Source: Octopus vulgaris (lineage: Eukaryota). Taken from it: a stretch of 64,000 bases of DNA. Both the position numbers and the translations under genes were made by a program. Under the pieces are notes generated by a model. That model was not told where the DNA came from and ran no database searches. It saw nothing but the letters and a program-made list of their open reading frames with translations. Within the stretch, counting starts at the first letter, position 1. Every line of letters begins with the position of its first letter. Of this stretch, positions 1-14,700 are shown in pieces. Location of the stretch: NCBI GenBank assembly GCA_951406725.2, contig OX597831.1:53382001-53446000 (forward strand), read 5' to 3'.

Positions 1-3000
1 CCAGGTGTACATCTTATGGTTACACAAGATTCACAGAGGTCAAGGACATGATATATGGTGTTGAATACTTTTTAATAATGTTATGCAGTTCAATGCTTTT
101 AACATTTGTAGTGAAACAAATTAACTTATTAATTTTGAGGATATGTAAAAGTTATATTGTTTTGTATGTCAGAAAGATACTCAGCTTCCATACAAACCAG
201 CTTGTAATTTTAATTAAATATTAACTTCTAGCTATCTTTATGATTGATTATCAGCTAAATACTATTTCATTACCTTTATTTTAGGCATTTCACAAAGCTT
301 TCATGGATTACAAAATTGAACTGTTATCATGTATCATTCATACCAAAAGAGTAGAGGCCTACCATTCCAATATACCAAGATGTAACACTGATCTATGCAA
401 CAAACTGTTACTGGTTTTTAAAGCGGCATGTCTGCCTGTCATCAATTATGGAAAGTATTTGACAAGTGTAAGTCAATCTATTTACAAATTAATAAAAGAG
501 AAATTCATTTATTCCAATACCTGGATTCTAATACAACTGTTTTATTTGAACACAATCATAGTCTTAAGAAACATCATACAATCAATAACTCCAATGCCTG
601 AAGATTGTTAAGATTTCTTTCTAAGGTATCTAATCATAGTAACCACTAATGAAACCACTTAATTGTTGCTTGACCTGCTAAAAATAGCAACAAAATCCTT
701 TTGAAATCATTAAGGAGACAGTGGCTATCCATTATCTTTCTTAAGTCATTGGACAATGGTCATGATGGAGCACTGGCTTGAAGAGTTTAGTCGAATAATG
801 AACCTCAGCACTTATTCTATTATCTCTTTTGCTGAACGGCTAAGTTATGGGAAGGTAAACAAACCAACACCAGTGGTCAAGCAGTGGGGATGGACAAACA
901 CAAAGACATGCATAAATACACACACACACACACACACACAATGGTTTTCCACAGTTTCCATCTACCAAATTCACTCACAAGGCATTAGTTGGCCTGGAGT
1001 TATAGTAAGAGGCTTGCCCAAGGTGCCATGCAGTGGGATTGAACCACAGTTACAAAGTGAGCTTCTTAAACCACAGTCATGCCTGCACCTAATGCAGTCT
1101 GGGAGTGGAGGAAAGATGGGACAGTCATTATTGAAACATATTTGATGATGACTAACCTGGAGCTAAGCAACAATGTGTTATTTTTGGTGAAATGACCTGT
1201 TGTCCCTAAAACATGAATTACTCTTGTGTGAGGTATCAAAAATTTCCTAATACCAATTTGTCATTGAAATTAATTACCTCTATCAGTCTAGTTTAAGTGT
1301 CCCTTCTACTGTTATTTTGTCTCCAGCCCCATCTTTTGCTTTCAATATAACCCTCACTCTTACACTATTAGTCCAATTGCTTCAATATAACTGAGACAAC
1401 ATACAGTAGTCTGGATCTTTCTCATTTCGCAGGCTAGTCTCAATAAAAAACTCAGTACACAGTAATGTGAACTGCAAACAAATGAAGACAATGTTAATCT
1501 TGGGGACGCTTTAGTCTTATGTTCAGGAAACATTTCTGGTGTTGGCACTACAAAGACGAACCCAGCACACTTTGTAGAGTGGTTGGTATTAAGAAACAGC
1601 ACCCAGCTGTAAAATTCATGCCAAAATACAATGTACAAGAGAGGCATTTAGGAGGGCAGTAATTCCAAATAAGAATTGAACTGGAATAACTTGTCCAAAA
1701 ACATACCTGTGTGGAAAGTTGATTTAAAATGAAGAGTTGTAAAATCCTTGATTTTGAGAGCTTACTAATTCTAATCTGTCAAAACAATTTTATGCCTTTT
1801 CTATATTTTACGGCCTTATTTATATACTAACAGCAAAAAGTTAATTCTTCCATATCTACTTATTTTACAAATGGATGTCTTAAGCAGTAACTAGCCAAAA
1901 TGAAGTTAGTCAGAAGCAAGCTGACTATCTCACCACACATTGCTCAAACTATCAACTATTATAAGTATGGGTACTAATATTTTGCACAAATACACACACA
2001 ATACAATTTATATAAAACCACCGTTTAAATTTTTTAAAGTTTAACTTTTCTAGAATATTGTTAAACATGAAAGTTCTAACAATTAAAAATATTATCTTAC
2101 AAAAATAATCTTTATAACTATAAAAAAAAATTCAACAAAGACACAAAATAAAACAGGAGATATCACGAGGCTTTATCTTCTAGGGCTTTTACAATATAAA
2201 TTGATCAGGTTAGAAAGCTGAATTTCAGTCAAATATAATATATCTCTTAAAATATAAGCATAATTATGTATGTATGTTAATATATGTGGCAATTATTCTT
2301 AATAGAAACAAATTCACAGCTTACATAATCCTAAAATAATAGACAACATTTGAAAGCAGACAACTGAAGATTCAAATATATAAAATGCAGCTCATAATAG
2401 AATAGGTAAGCAAGTGGCAGAGGGTTTTGAAGCACATTGTATTCCTTTCTATGCACAGCGAAATAAGATATAATAAGCTCATAGCATTAGACCACATAGT
2501 AAAAACTGAGAATCTTAAGAAATCTAGTGTCCTAGTAAATGAATATCTAACTAAAGAAAATTATCAGGTCAGAAATTTGTAGAAAATGTATTTATTTCAA
2601 GTAATGTGAGAAGATACACACACACACACACACACAAAACAGAGAGATTCAACTACAAACCAGACAAAAAAACCCCACCAAATGCAGATAGATCTAGAAA
2701 AACTGTAAGTTTTGTTCGAAACATGAACACTTGTTGCAACTTATGTTTATTAAGTGCTTATAAAAAATTTAATATGATGCAAGATTTGAAGATCAAATCA
2801 AGACTATTTACTTTCCATGAGTATTTAGTTTTAGTTATGCTAAAACATTAAAAATCAAATAACTAAAATTTGACAAAAAAAAACAACCTATAATTCCTTT
2901 TTAAAACCAATCAGAACACTGGTGTCTTCTACATCAGCAAAAACTCTATTGCAGGAAAAATTGCACCAAAACACAATGTGGAAACTGTCATTAAATCATT

Positions 3001-4715
3001 ATTTAAAATGGTTCATTTAACTCCTCTCCATCAAAACAATTTTGAATTACTATTTCGCACTAATTAAGGAGAAAAAAAATAGATGATAACAAAGCAATTT
3101 GTGATCTTGATAAAAGAAAATCTTTAGTTAAGTACATTATACATGTTTGCACATTATCATTAAAATTATTGGATTTAGCTATGTAGAGCAGTGAAGTTGG
3201 CAGAGAATTTGAACAAAAATAAATATTCTGGTATCAAAACTTACTTTATCATGGTCTTGAGATACATAAAAATGAGCACCAGTTCAAAACCATGTTCAAT
3301 ATCCATGTTTCTTTCACGCAAGTCCTTATACTGCCATAAAATCATTTAAAGCCATTTTTCGAATTTATTTTTTAAAAGTAACACCAAAGAATATGAATGT
3401 ATGTGTACAGAGACACCATATAAAAATGCTAACCACGTAAAACAAATACAGCAGACAATGTCCAATTGTTTAGTGAAGACATTCCTGTGATGGTATAAAT
3501 GAAACTAATATATAAATCAAGTACCAACAACAACAAATAAATAAAAATTGGCAGCAGTGTTCAGAATAAAGAATATGATTTAGTGATAAGAGAATATTTC
3601 AGATGATATGTAGCAACACATGAATTATATGCTAGTTTAATATCAAAATATCTATCTACTTCTAGCAGTAGTTTTACCTCCTAGCTGTTGAGGTAGTTAA
3701 ATGTGAGAGCAGTCAAAATTTGAGGTATAATTGTTTAGTCTGTATTTGAACAGCATTGGATAATGTTGGAATGGAAAACCCACTTACAAAGCCCAGTTTA
3801 GTCCTTTATTTGAACAGTGTAGATGTTGGACAATGTTGGAATGGAAACCTACAAACAGTGAAACCAATCTATATGCAACACTGTTTCAAAAATACTGATG
3901 GTATGAATTTCAAAGAATTATGTATGAAGTATTAATTAAAAAAAAAGTATGGAAGAAAAATAATAAAGCATCCAAAATTACAAAGTGAACCTTCAAAATA
4001 ATGAATCTCAAATGAGAAGTGATTTTAAAAATTTATACTTCAATTTTCTGTATGTTTTTTTTTCTCACTTTTAACAGTACATTCTTATTAAACAGCAAAA
4101 AATGAGTATCTTTTTTCATATCTGGGTCCAAAATTAGAGTGGGTCACATCGTTGTATGTTAAAAAATATAACCATAGAAAGAATAACTGAAAATAAATTC
4201 GTAGCTACAGAATAAACATATACCTCAATATTATTTACCAGTTACTCAATAAAATAAATAATAAAATCTGAATCTACTCTAATATAAATGTTGCCAACTT
4301 ACACCCAAATTATCTCTGAGTAAATTAAGTAAATTAATTGAATGCAAACACTTCTAGTTCATAACATTTATTATTGAAATTTATCTAATCCTGAATTTTT
4401 TACTCAGTCTTTTTTATTTTTGAAAACAAGATACCAATTATATTACTCTAGTGAAGAGAACTTTAATTATAAGGACTGCCAGTCAATATATAATGCTGTG
4501 TAGTATCAAGAAATAGTATCAATATAAGTTTGCTGTGGAAAAGTCCGAGTGATATAGACTAATAGACATGAAAAGAAAACATTGCTAAATATTTCTATAA
4601 AATGTTCAAGTCATCTATTTGAGTATTTACTACGATTTTGATGCTTTATAGCACAAAAAAAAAAAACTAGCAAAAGATACTATATAGTAATATCAATAGC
4701 TTACATCCCTAAATA

Positions 4716-6005
4716 TAGGGTTACCCCATAAATAATGCAGTTTTTTCAATTGCATGAACTAAAAGTCAGAGGGGGACGGGATAAACTACCTGCATCAACT
4801 TGCTGTAAAAGCAGGAAGTAATTTTACCATGTATTTATTCTTAGTGCAAGTTTTGAAGAATGCAGTTCGATTTTAACAGTTATTTTTTCAAAGCTATAAT
4901 GGAAGTGACAAAGGAGCATATTCAGCATATTTTGCTTCATGATTTCAGTAAAGATGACAACAAAACAGAAAGTGAGAGAAACATTAATGCAGTATATGGG
5001 GATCAGATAATAAGTGTAAGTCAGTATCAACAATGGTTCCTGAAATTCCGAGCTGGAAACTACAACCTAGATCTGTAGAGCTTGACGAGGACGTCCTGCA
5101 AACCCTGGTAGCACAAAATCCCATTGTAACTGTTGAGGAACTAGCAGAGAAGCTTGGATTTGGTCATTCAACCATTCATCAACACCTGTATGCCATTAGA
5201 AAAGTCAACAAATTGGGTCAATGGGTTTCTCACAAACTTCCCAAGTCTAATCATGTGCAGAGAGTTAATGTGTGCCCTTCTATGTTGTCACGTCTCACAA
5301 ATGAACCTTTTGGGACCAAATAGTAACTGGTGATGAGAAACGGGTTCTCTATAAAACTGTCAAGTGCCAAAGACAGTAGATAGGGAAAGGAGAAACACCA
5401 GCACCCTAGGCTAAAGGCCTTCACCCACGTAAGGTGTTATTATTTGTTTGGTGGGAAATGAAAGGTTTAATCCACTTTGAACTTTTACACCCAAACCAAA
5501 CAATAACAAAGGAGGTCTACTGCAAGCAGCTTGAGTGGCTTAAGTCAGCACTAGAAGAAAAATGACCATCTTTGGTTTTAAGACAAAAGGTATTCTTCCA
5601 GCAGGATAATGCTCAGCCACATACAGTGAGGATGACATTCCAAAGGCTGGAGCAGTTTGAATGGGAAATGATGCACCACCCACCATATTCACTGGACATT
5701 GCCCCATCTGATTATCATTTATTCTGCAATCTTCAAAATCATTTGGATGGAAAATATATGAATTCTGTAGATGAGGTCAGAACAGTGCTTGAAGAGTATT
5801 TTTTGTCATGGACAAGAGAATTTTGGAAGAGGGGCTTTGCAAGTCTACCAGATAGATGGAAAAGCATTGTAGAAAATGAAGGAGGGTATATTTTAGATTT
5901 AAAAGAAAAACTTAATTTTTTAACTTAAAAACTTAATAACAAAATCTTAATTTTGAAAAACCAAATTTGTATAAAAAAAGCCACATTAGTTATGGGATGA
6001 CCCAA
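4716..6005 (+). mobile_element. Full-length defective mariner (DD34D) transposon, copy 1
   Basis: About 1290 bp with imperfect ~28-bp TIRs and TA flanks. Transposase fragments WVSHKL, TGDEK, QDNAQPH and HPPYSLDIAPSDYHLF are broken by stops and frameshifts. Confidence 0.93.
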
Positions 6006-7382
6006 TATAAAGCTGCAAATCTAAGCTATTAAGTTTCTTTTTACATTAGAAATTCTAAATATCTGTTATTGTATAAAGCAGAATGGAAACATGGTTGATA
6101 TAAAAGCCATAGGCATAAAAAATATATACACAATCTATAAGAATTTCTCCTAAAACAATTCATAAAGAGTATAATGGAAAACAGACAATTTTAGTTAACT
6201 ATATTAAGCTGCCACAGTGATATTTTCCCCTCTAAATTACAAGTCCTAATTTGGTAGATTTTATAAAAAAAAAAAAAAGAGTAATTTAATCAATATCAAA
6301 ATGCAAGAACATTTACTCTCTAAATGATTTGCATTCAAAGATTGCATTTATACAATGCCAGAGGAAGGAACAAAAAATACTGTAATTGTAGAGTAATATT
6401 AAGTTTATTTTGTATTTGTTTTGCAAGGTTCTTGAGGTGAAATCATATGCTGAAACAGCTATTATTGTATTTTAGATGGTGGTCACAACCAGTGCATGTA
6501 TTTTATTGGCAGAAATGACTTTTTTGAAGTACAACAATGATTATTGTTCATCAAATCAATTCACTGTGAGAAACAGGTGTGTATATGTTTACTTTATATG
6601 AATGAACAGGAGGAAAATTGAGGAAGCAAGGTACAAAGAGTATTGTTTAAAGACGTTAAACAGGCGGCATTGTTGAACAGGAGTGCTAGCTAGTGAATGA
6701 AACAGGAAGAAAGAAAGTTGAAGCATTGACAAATAGAACAAATGTAAGCAGAACTGGACCAGCAATAGAATAAATGCTGCAGATTTAAATGAGAGGGTAT
6801 ATCATTCCGGAAAATTGTGGTACCACCTCGCTTTTGTCTTGTAGTAAAAAATTCTTTAAAAAAAAAATCTTTTAATATATTTACACAATATCTTTAGTCC
6901 AATTCTTTGTTTAAATCTAAAATTCAAACCAGTGTTTTTTTCAGCACATATGAATAAAACTAATATTTTTCAAGATATATAATTTTCTTCCAGTATGCTT
7001 CTTATGTAAAATTGTTATATAAATCTTCTAAATTGATTTTAAGCTTAAAATTAATATGAAACAGAAGAGAAAACAAAAAATGAAGTCAAGGACACATAAC
7101 CTATCAATAAAAGTTTACACATGTATAGAAGAAATTCTATTAGGATTCCATGGAGAAAAATAGTTAATATAGCAAGCACCAAGCCTGTGTGCAAAATCCA
7201 CCTTAACTAGTATAATAATGTAAGTCTGGTAAAGTTCTTAAGACTATAACAAACCTAACTGTACCAATCCCAAAGAACTGGATATAAAGATACTAATTGA
7301 ATTCCAACTTGCAAAATTAATGTATAAGTGGGTGAATGTTTTGCAGACGTGTACTCTTAGCACAATTCTTAGGCTGAATCAA

Positions 7383-7408
7383 TGTGCGTGTGCGTATGTA
7401 TGTGTGTA

Positions 7409-7470
<62 letters not shown>
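7383..7470. repeat. (TG)n(TA)n compound microsatellite
   Basis: Directly visible. Others at about 32743-32820, 33051-33102, 38262-38294, 41344-41440, 53330-53397 and 60316-60355. Confidence 0.95.
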
Positions 7471-7472
<2 letters not shown>

Positions 7473-8434
7473 TTGGGAGAGAAAGCAAGAAGAGGAAGAA
7501 TCAAACCAAGTAAGTGAACTGGTATTTTATCGACACCGAAATGAAAACAAGGATGAACTCAGAGCACAAAGGGATGTAGTCAAAGAACACATGGTACTTT
7601 GAAGCTCTACTGATTTTCTTTCATCAAGAAAGTATTTAAAACGAACTGCTCAATAAACAACTGAAAGTGTTGAAATATTGTTTTAAAAAAATCTTTTTTT
7701 TTCATTTGATTTGATTTAGAACAAGAAAACAAACAAACAATGAAATCAACACTAAAATTAAATAAAACCAAGAATAAACAAAACTAGAAACAATATAATT
7801 ATAAAAAACATTTTTTAAAAGTCTGAAAACAATGAATAAAAATGTAAGGACAAAAAGAAAACAATTTATTCCTAGAAATAGGTTTTAATATAGCAACAAA
7901 TTTATCATCGCTACACAATAATAAGCTGATGTAATGTTAGTTGGTTGAATTTTACAGCCATATAGAGAGAAATGAGCAAGAGAGAAGTAAGAGAGCGAGT
8001 TACCATAAGAGGTGCAGGATGAGTGCACACACAAGGCTTGGGAGGTAAGCAATGAGGAAATGAACACCATACACAGTGAGAGAGAGTAAATGACATAGTA
8101 AAAGGAAGAGTTGAACAAATGAGAAATGTGTCATATTTAAATTCAAGGTAATACTTTTTTCTTAAATTAGTATTCATTTCATCATTTTGCATAAGCACCA
8201 AGAAATTGTTGAATTATAATTATTGCGTATATATATAGATATACACTATATACAGATATTACCCATCATATGACAGGTAACACTCTAATCATAACATATG
8301 TATAATGAAATGAAGAAAATTTCAAAGATTAAATACTTAGAATGTGTGCAAAAATGGCCAGGTAGTAAAGAAGTTGGCTTTGCAATCACATGGTTTCAGG
8401 TTTGATCTTGTTCTGCAGAAGTTCTTTCTATTAA

Positions 8435-8654
8435 CCCTTTCGTTACCAACCCGGCTGAAACCGGCCCTGGCTCTGAGTACAAATGCCTTGTTTTCATAAA
8501 TTTTGAATTAAAATCTTCCACCAAACCTTAGTCACAATTTATGTTCCTAACACTAGCTTAATGATAACTAAGTTATATTACTAAATTCTTTGTTATATTT
8601 AAAGTAATTGAAAGATACACAGAACTTCTCAAAATAAATACAGTAACGAAAGGG
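8435..8654. mobile_element. piggyBac-type MITE, family A
   Basis: Perfect 12-bp TIR CCCTTTCGTTAC / GTAACGAAAGGG with TTAA on both sides (8431-8434, 8655-8658). 220 bp. Confidence 0.88.
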
Positions 8655-11314
8655 TTAAAGCATCATGATGACCTATGACAGAGTGAAATAGGGTAGAACA
8701 GAAACTGAAGCAATCTGTCACAGTTTTGTAGTAGACTTAATCTACTGCTCAACTTAATACAAATCATCAGGTCTTTGGGTGCCTTTGGCATTCAGACAAG
8801 GTCCACAGAATAGAGATAATCCAAGAGATCCTCACTTTCAACAGTTGGATAGCTTCTTCAAATGTCATAGGCACCACCCCATCTCTCTTGACTAACTCAT
8901 AAAAGGCACTGTGGTATATAGCTTCAACATAATCATAATCTTTATCATTCACATTTCTTATATGTGTCAAGTGGACAATAACAATGTTTTTTTTTTCTTT
9001 GAGAATCAAAACACTTTTCTAACCTAAAGATCATTGATCTTCTGACTGGATAACTTATAAAGATAACTTGGACTTCATATAGTGACAATTAAGAAGTCTC
9101 TTTGTTGTTACTCGGCCTATTAGAATTATACTGTATCATCACTCAAATTATATTGTATCATCAAAGTGGACTGTTTGAGCAACAAGTCATTCTACTGAGA
9201 AATACAAAAATATTTAGCACCATATTGGCTGTTGATTAAAAAGACCTATGATCAAAGATGCTCCACCAATAACCAGAGCATTTTTTCAGGTAGTGGTTTA
9301 AGAAGCTTGCTTCACAATCAGATGGTTAGGGATTTGATCTTTTAGGTGTCTTCTACAATAGCCATAAGCTGATCCAAGTCTTTTAATTGAAATCAAGCAA
9401 ACAGAAACCATGTGGAAAGTCATTAGATGGACTGTACCTGTTCTTAGGTGACATCTAACCCATCTAATCCAAGTTAAACATTTGATCCTTTAGTGAATCC
9501 ACTCAGTCGGAGGCATTCAGACCAGGTTTCCAGTCAGACGAGGATATTGTGATGCATCTTCCTCCCTCCATACAAAGAACACAGGTGTGCTCTTCTTCCT
9601 GCCTACAGCAATTAAAAACAATCTAGGATGACACTATCCAATGTGTACCTTTTTAAGACAGTATAATGGGATTCTAGTAGGTCAAGTAACTGCTTAAAAA
9701 CACTCTCTGAAGAGAAAAAAAAAAATCAAATATTTTGGGAAGTACACTTCATCAGTCAGATGTCCTGCTAAAAACATAACACATTTCCTCTTATGGCACA
9801 TCAACACATTTCTTTGTGTTGATGAACTGACTTGGGTCTTGCAAACACTGAACACTAACCAAACATAGAAGTTACTTCCTTGTTTCAGTCTTAGGAATGT
9901 AGCAACCACAGGGTAGTTTTGGTTATGATAATCCTTCATTTTATAGATTCAAACTTGAAGTTGAAAGTCCTGATAAGTACAGTCAACCACTGGGGCTCAG
10001 GATGTTTGACTTGAGCAAATCTATTATCTAGAGTGAGGGTTGTTAAACAGTATCCCATGGTCTCAGTGGAGAGAGACAGAGATAGGATTATAAGGAGTGA
10101 TTAACAAGCAAAGGGGTACAGTGGAAAGTAAGGCTGATGACAAAAAGGTTTCACATAGGATCAATTAAAATCAGAGCAAAGATCAACTATATGACATTAG
10201 ATAATTCCCCACCATTGATTCCTTACACTGGATTATGCCAAGAGATCTAGAATTCTATTTTTTAACTGGGATTATTGTGAAAGAATTTTTGAGAGCCAAC
10301 AAGTAAATACAAAATAACACCAATCTTCCACCCAGTTAATAATCATATACATTCATATATTTTTTCTAATAACTATAACTCCATGCAAAGTTTCTAGTTA
10401 GTCTCCATAACTTCATATCTTTCAACAATACATGTGACATTTGATAATATCAGATATAGGATCACTTTTGCTGTTTTTAAATGTGGGCCTCAACAAAGCT
10501 AAATATAAAGTTTCAGGATGACAATTGTGGCACCAATCTTGTGGATTTGTGCTAAGAAAGATGCACCAAGATTCATCAAAAATGTAAGCATTGACATTTT
10601 AGAATCTTTTCAAATATTACTTTTGATGTAATGGTAAAGATTATTATAATTATTGTTTATAACAGAATATAAGGAAATTAAACAATAGAACTGTTAGAAT
10701 GTAACTTCTTGTTTCTTGGAGACTATATAGAATAGAAAGGACCTCTTTATCTTGCCTTGGACAAGGCAACTTCTCTAGCACTGGTGCTATAATAAAATGC
10801 ACCCAGTACACTTTGTGAAAGGCATCCTGCTATAGAAACCATGCCAAAATGGCACATACAAATGAGGTGTAGCTCTCAGGCAGCAACTCTGGAAAAAAAC
10901 TGACAGAGACACTGATGATCTGTCCAACCCATGGCAACATGAAAAATGGAAATAAACTATCATTCTCTTTTTTGCCTTTTAATGACTGAGTATTATTCAA
11001 TCACATCTGCTTCAACAATAAGCTTTCATATGATCAGAACTTTAGAAATTCTAGCTGATCACTAAAGCAAATCTCAAGAGTTCAACAACACAGATCAATT
11101 AAAATGGGTTCCTTTTTTCTTGTAAAGTTTGCAATTTATAGAGCTTAAATTTGACAGACCATTAATTTCATCTTTTGTGCATTTGTCAAATATTCAAAAT
11201 TTTGCCTAAGTATTCCCCTGCTACATTATGTGGCTAAGTATTCTTTAACACCCAACAAGTAGAAATAAAGATTCTTAGTTCAAACTCAGTTTAGGAAGCT
11301 ATATAGAAAGGTAC

Positions 11315-11765
11315 AGGCAGAGCTCTGTAGTTAAGAACTTTGCTTCACAACTAGTAGGTCCCATGTTCAGACTCACAGCATGGCACCTTGGCTAAATGTC
11401 TTCTAGTATAACCTTAGGTTGACTAAAACCTTGTGAATGAATTTGGTAAATGGAAACTGATAGAAGCTCATCATTATGTGTGTGAGAGTGAGTGCATGTG
11501 TGTGGGAGAGAGTTAGTATCTCCTAGTTTTGACATAGCAAGATTGCTGTAAATAAGCAAACAAGTGCCACTGTCACACAAGAGATGGCCTTCATTTTCAA
11601 ACATCTGTGTAAACATATATCCAGCCACAGGGAAATGTTACCTTTCTTGGTAACAGGTGAGGGTTGGCAACAGGAAGGGCACTTGGTCATAGAAAATCTG
11701 CCTCAAATTCTGCCCAACCCATGCAAGCATGGAAAAATAAATGTTAAAACAAAGATGATGGCGAT
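11315..11765 (+). mobile_element. SINE with OR-like head and (TGA)n-type tail
   Basis: tRNA-like head, then GGTTGGCAACAGGAAGGGC...AACCCATGCAAGCATGGAAAA...GATGATG. A similar copy lies at about 48735-49080. Confidence 0.65.
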
Positions 11766-14700
11766 GACAACAATATATATCACTTGATGATCATGGTGAA
11801 CAGATTGAAAGTTAGTGTAGTAGACAAAAATTTGAAAGATAAAAATACTGGTCAGAAAAATTTAAGTTGTCATAGTGATAACTCAACTCAGATACAGACA
11901 ATTACTGGTTACTGCTGTAAAATACTATACATACATATATTTGTATACACACAGACAAATTTAATCTTTCGAAGAAAAGACAATACTGGTTTGACAAGCT
12001 TCAAAGTATTATACAAATTACTTATTTTTACCAGGGTTGGACATTATCTGCATTTCTAGGAAACCATTAAAAAAGTTGATTTTTTATCAAACTTGGTATT
12101 TCAAATACACTGAGAATAAGTTATTTAGCAAGTCAGATAATGGTAAAACTATGAAGAGAGTAACTCCTAATATATAATAGTATATATCAATTTCACAGCT
12201 GCATCACGTTACCCACCTAGAAGGGTAATATCTTCGAATAACAGTGTCCTTCTCTCACAAAATATTTCCATTTCCAGCACTGACAACATGATAAAATGCA
12301 TTTGCTGTCAAGGATAACCAGTATTCTCTATTAAAGTAAATGAAAACTGACACGGACCATAATGACCTGTCCAACACATAGCATAGGGCACTACTTAAAT
12401 ATAAAAACAAAACAAAAAACTCATGTTCAGACTTCACCGTAGACATTGTTCTGACTTTGGCCAAGGTACATTATTTTTTCAAGATCAGTCTAACTAAAAA
12501 TGAGGATTAATTTTCCACACACATAGCTGAGTGTTATTCATGCTGAGAAGGGCATTCAAGTGTAAAAGAGAAACCTCAACAAATCTTTCTAATGTTTGCA
12601 TTTAAAGAAATCTTTCTACTAAGAAAATGCATATTTTACTCTCAACTCCCGTGTGTCTACCCACACTTCAAGCAGTCTATTTTTTGATCATTTTCAGGTG
12701 CTGTATTTCTATGTACATACAATTGATTAGAAAAAAGTATTTTTATAACTTTTGTTTCTTACATGAATTGTCAAAACAGATCTATGCACAATGTGGTAGC
12801 TGGTTTTGAAACACTATATTAGAAATATTGGATCTGAATTCAATGTGTACATGTAAGTAAGGCATCTGAAGACTATCAGAAAACAAACTGCTTAAATGTA
12901 AGGTGAATGCAGGCACAGAAGAGTTGGTTAAAGCAACACTACAAGCTACAACTCTCATATACAACCAATAAAAATGCATCTTGTCATCCTACCATCACAA
13001 CTGTCTCATATCAAGACCTATGACTTGCAGCAGCAGTAGAAGCAATCCAAAATTAATTCAGTTTAAATCATGAAAGCAACTGCTAAGACATGAAAATTGG
13101 TTCTAAGGTGCAATTATGTTTGAAAATTTGATTAAGCATTAGATGCATAAATTAAAAAACAAATCTTCAGATTTGGTAAATAAAGTATTGTAATTTGCTT
13201 GAAGCACTGCAGTAGGTAAAAATGTGATGTTTTTAAAACCTTTGAGCAATGCAGGCAAGAACTTCAAACATGTATAATGACGTAAATGAATAAAAACAAA
13301 AATAGATATTGTATTACAGTGGTTGCTTAATAATTGTATCTTTAGGGACGAATTTCCCCTTTCAAATAAAAGAAAATAATCAGAGTTCAGCGAAATTTAC
13401 TGCTATTGGCAAACTGTCTCAGACTGTGATGGTTTGTCAATAATAAATTTCTTCAAACTCATTACTTTCATTTTTTTAAAAAATCTATTATTTGAAAAGG
13501 GGGATTTATCCCCAAAATAACAACCTATGCAATGCAATACAACATCCTTATCTTTGTTTTCGTTCACTGACATTACATCACCTTACATATCTTAATTCTT
13601 CGCCTTTATTCCTCAAAGGTTTTATAAACATTTATCACACAGAATTGCTAGTTTCAAACAAAAACAGACAGCATATAATAGATATATTACTAAAAACATG
13701 AAAACTAGATAGTCTTAAATTTAATTCTTTAGTCTAATCAAAAGCTAACATGTGTATGTTCAAACTTAATATCTCTTTAATATATATAATTCAGAAAAGA
13801 AGCAGACAAAGCCATAAATTTGCCATCCTAAAAGGTGAATGACAAAGATGATAGTGACTAACAAAAACAACAATTCTGACATTTCATGTAATAATTTCCA
13901 AATAGTGATTAGTAAGTTATAGCTTATAAAATGTAAATAATAACAAACAAAAATGTATAAGAACATCTTAGTAGCGTTTTTCTTCATTTTTATGAAAAAA
14001 TATTTTGCCCCAATCTAGCTAATTCATGTTCATGGCATACATAGCCATATATTATAATAAATGCAACCAGGAGTATTCAGTTAGCTAGTGAAGCATTGAA
14101 AGTTGCAAACAAAGAAAAAAAAAGTGGTATAGAGATATGTGTGGTATGAATTAGTAATAGAGTTAAGAACCAAACCTCAAACTAAATTTAACTGCCGCCC
14201 CAACTGAGAACTTGAAGAATTTTGTCCAGTATAAGTAGAAAAAAAAGTATCATATTACAGTTGATTATATAATCCAAATAAATAAAGCATACTGAGGATT
14301 ACTATTTAAATGAACCATACTATTAATTCTACTTTAAAAAGTAGATCCCTGAAGCTAAAGCTTAAAACTAAAATTAAAATACATAAAATTTAAATTGACA
14401 AAAAAATAAATATAAAAAAGCCACTGCGTGAGAAGAAATGCTATAGAAAACTCTAAGATATAATACAATAAATAATATACATTATAATATATAACAAAAC
14501 AAATTTAAACATAAAAACTGAATATATTAATAACAAATAACAATTAAAAAATTAATTATAGCCCCATTGTTCTAATGCTTCTGAAATAGTATCTTTCTTT
14601 TTACGTAAAGTAAACTGTTAATGTATAATAATTATAACCGGGAAACATTAAAAATTATGTCTAGACCTATGAAAGTACTGATACTAATAAACCTAGAAGC

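Noticed and set aside
303-1647. ORFs of 95-129 aa near the window start
   Set aside because: They overlap SINE or low-complexity intronic sequence and have no protein motifs.
8767-9009. 80-aa minus-strand ORF that looks protein-like (DYDYVEAIYHSAFYEL)
   Set aside because: No recognisable domain and no convincing splice sites. At most a decayed retroelement fragment.
12302-12320. GTTATCCTTGAC on the minus strand, resembling U12 donor and branch motifs
   Set aside because: The donor has an extra T and no AC or AG lies at the proper distance from the branch-like motif, so it is not a second minor intron.
14170-14260. Minus-strand stretch TGQNSSSSQLGRQLNL with a GAG|GTTTGG donor, resembling KCMF1 exon 6
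   Set aside because: No AG acceptor upstream, in-frame stops on both sides, and it lacks the expected ELLSQL start.
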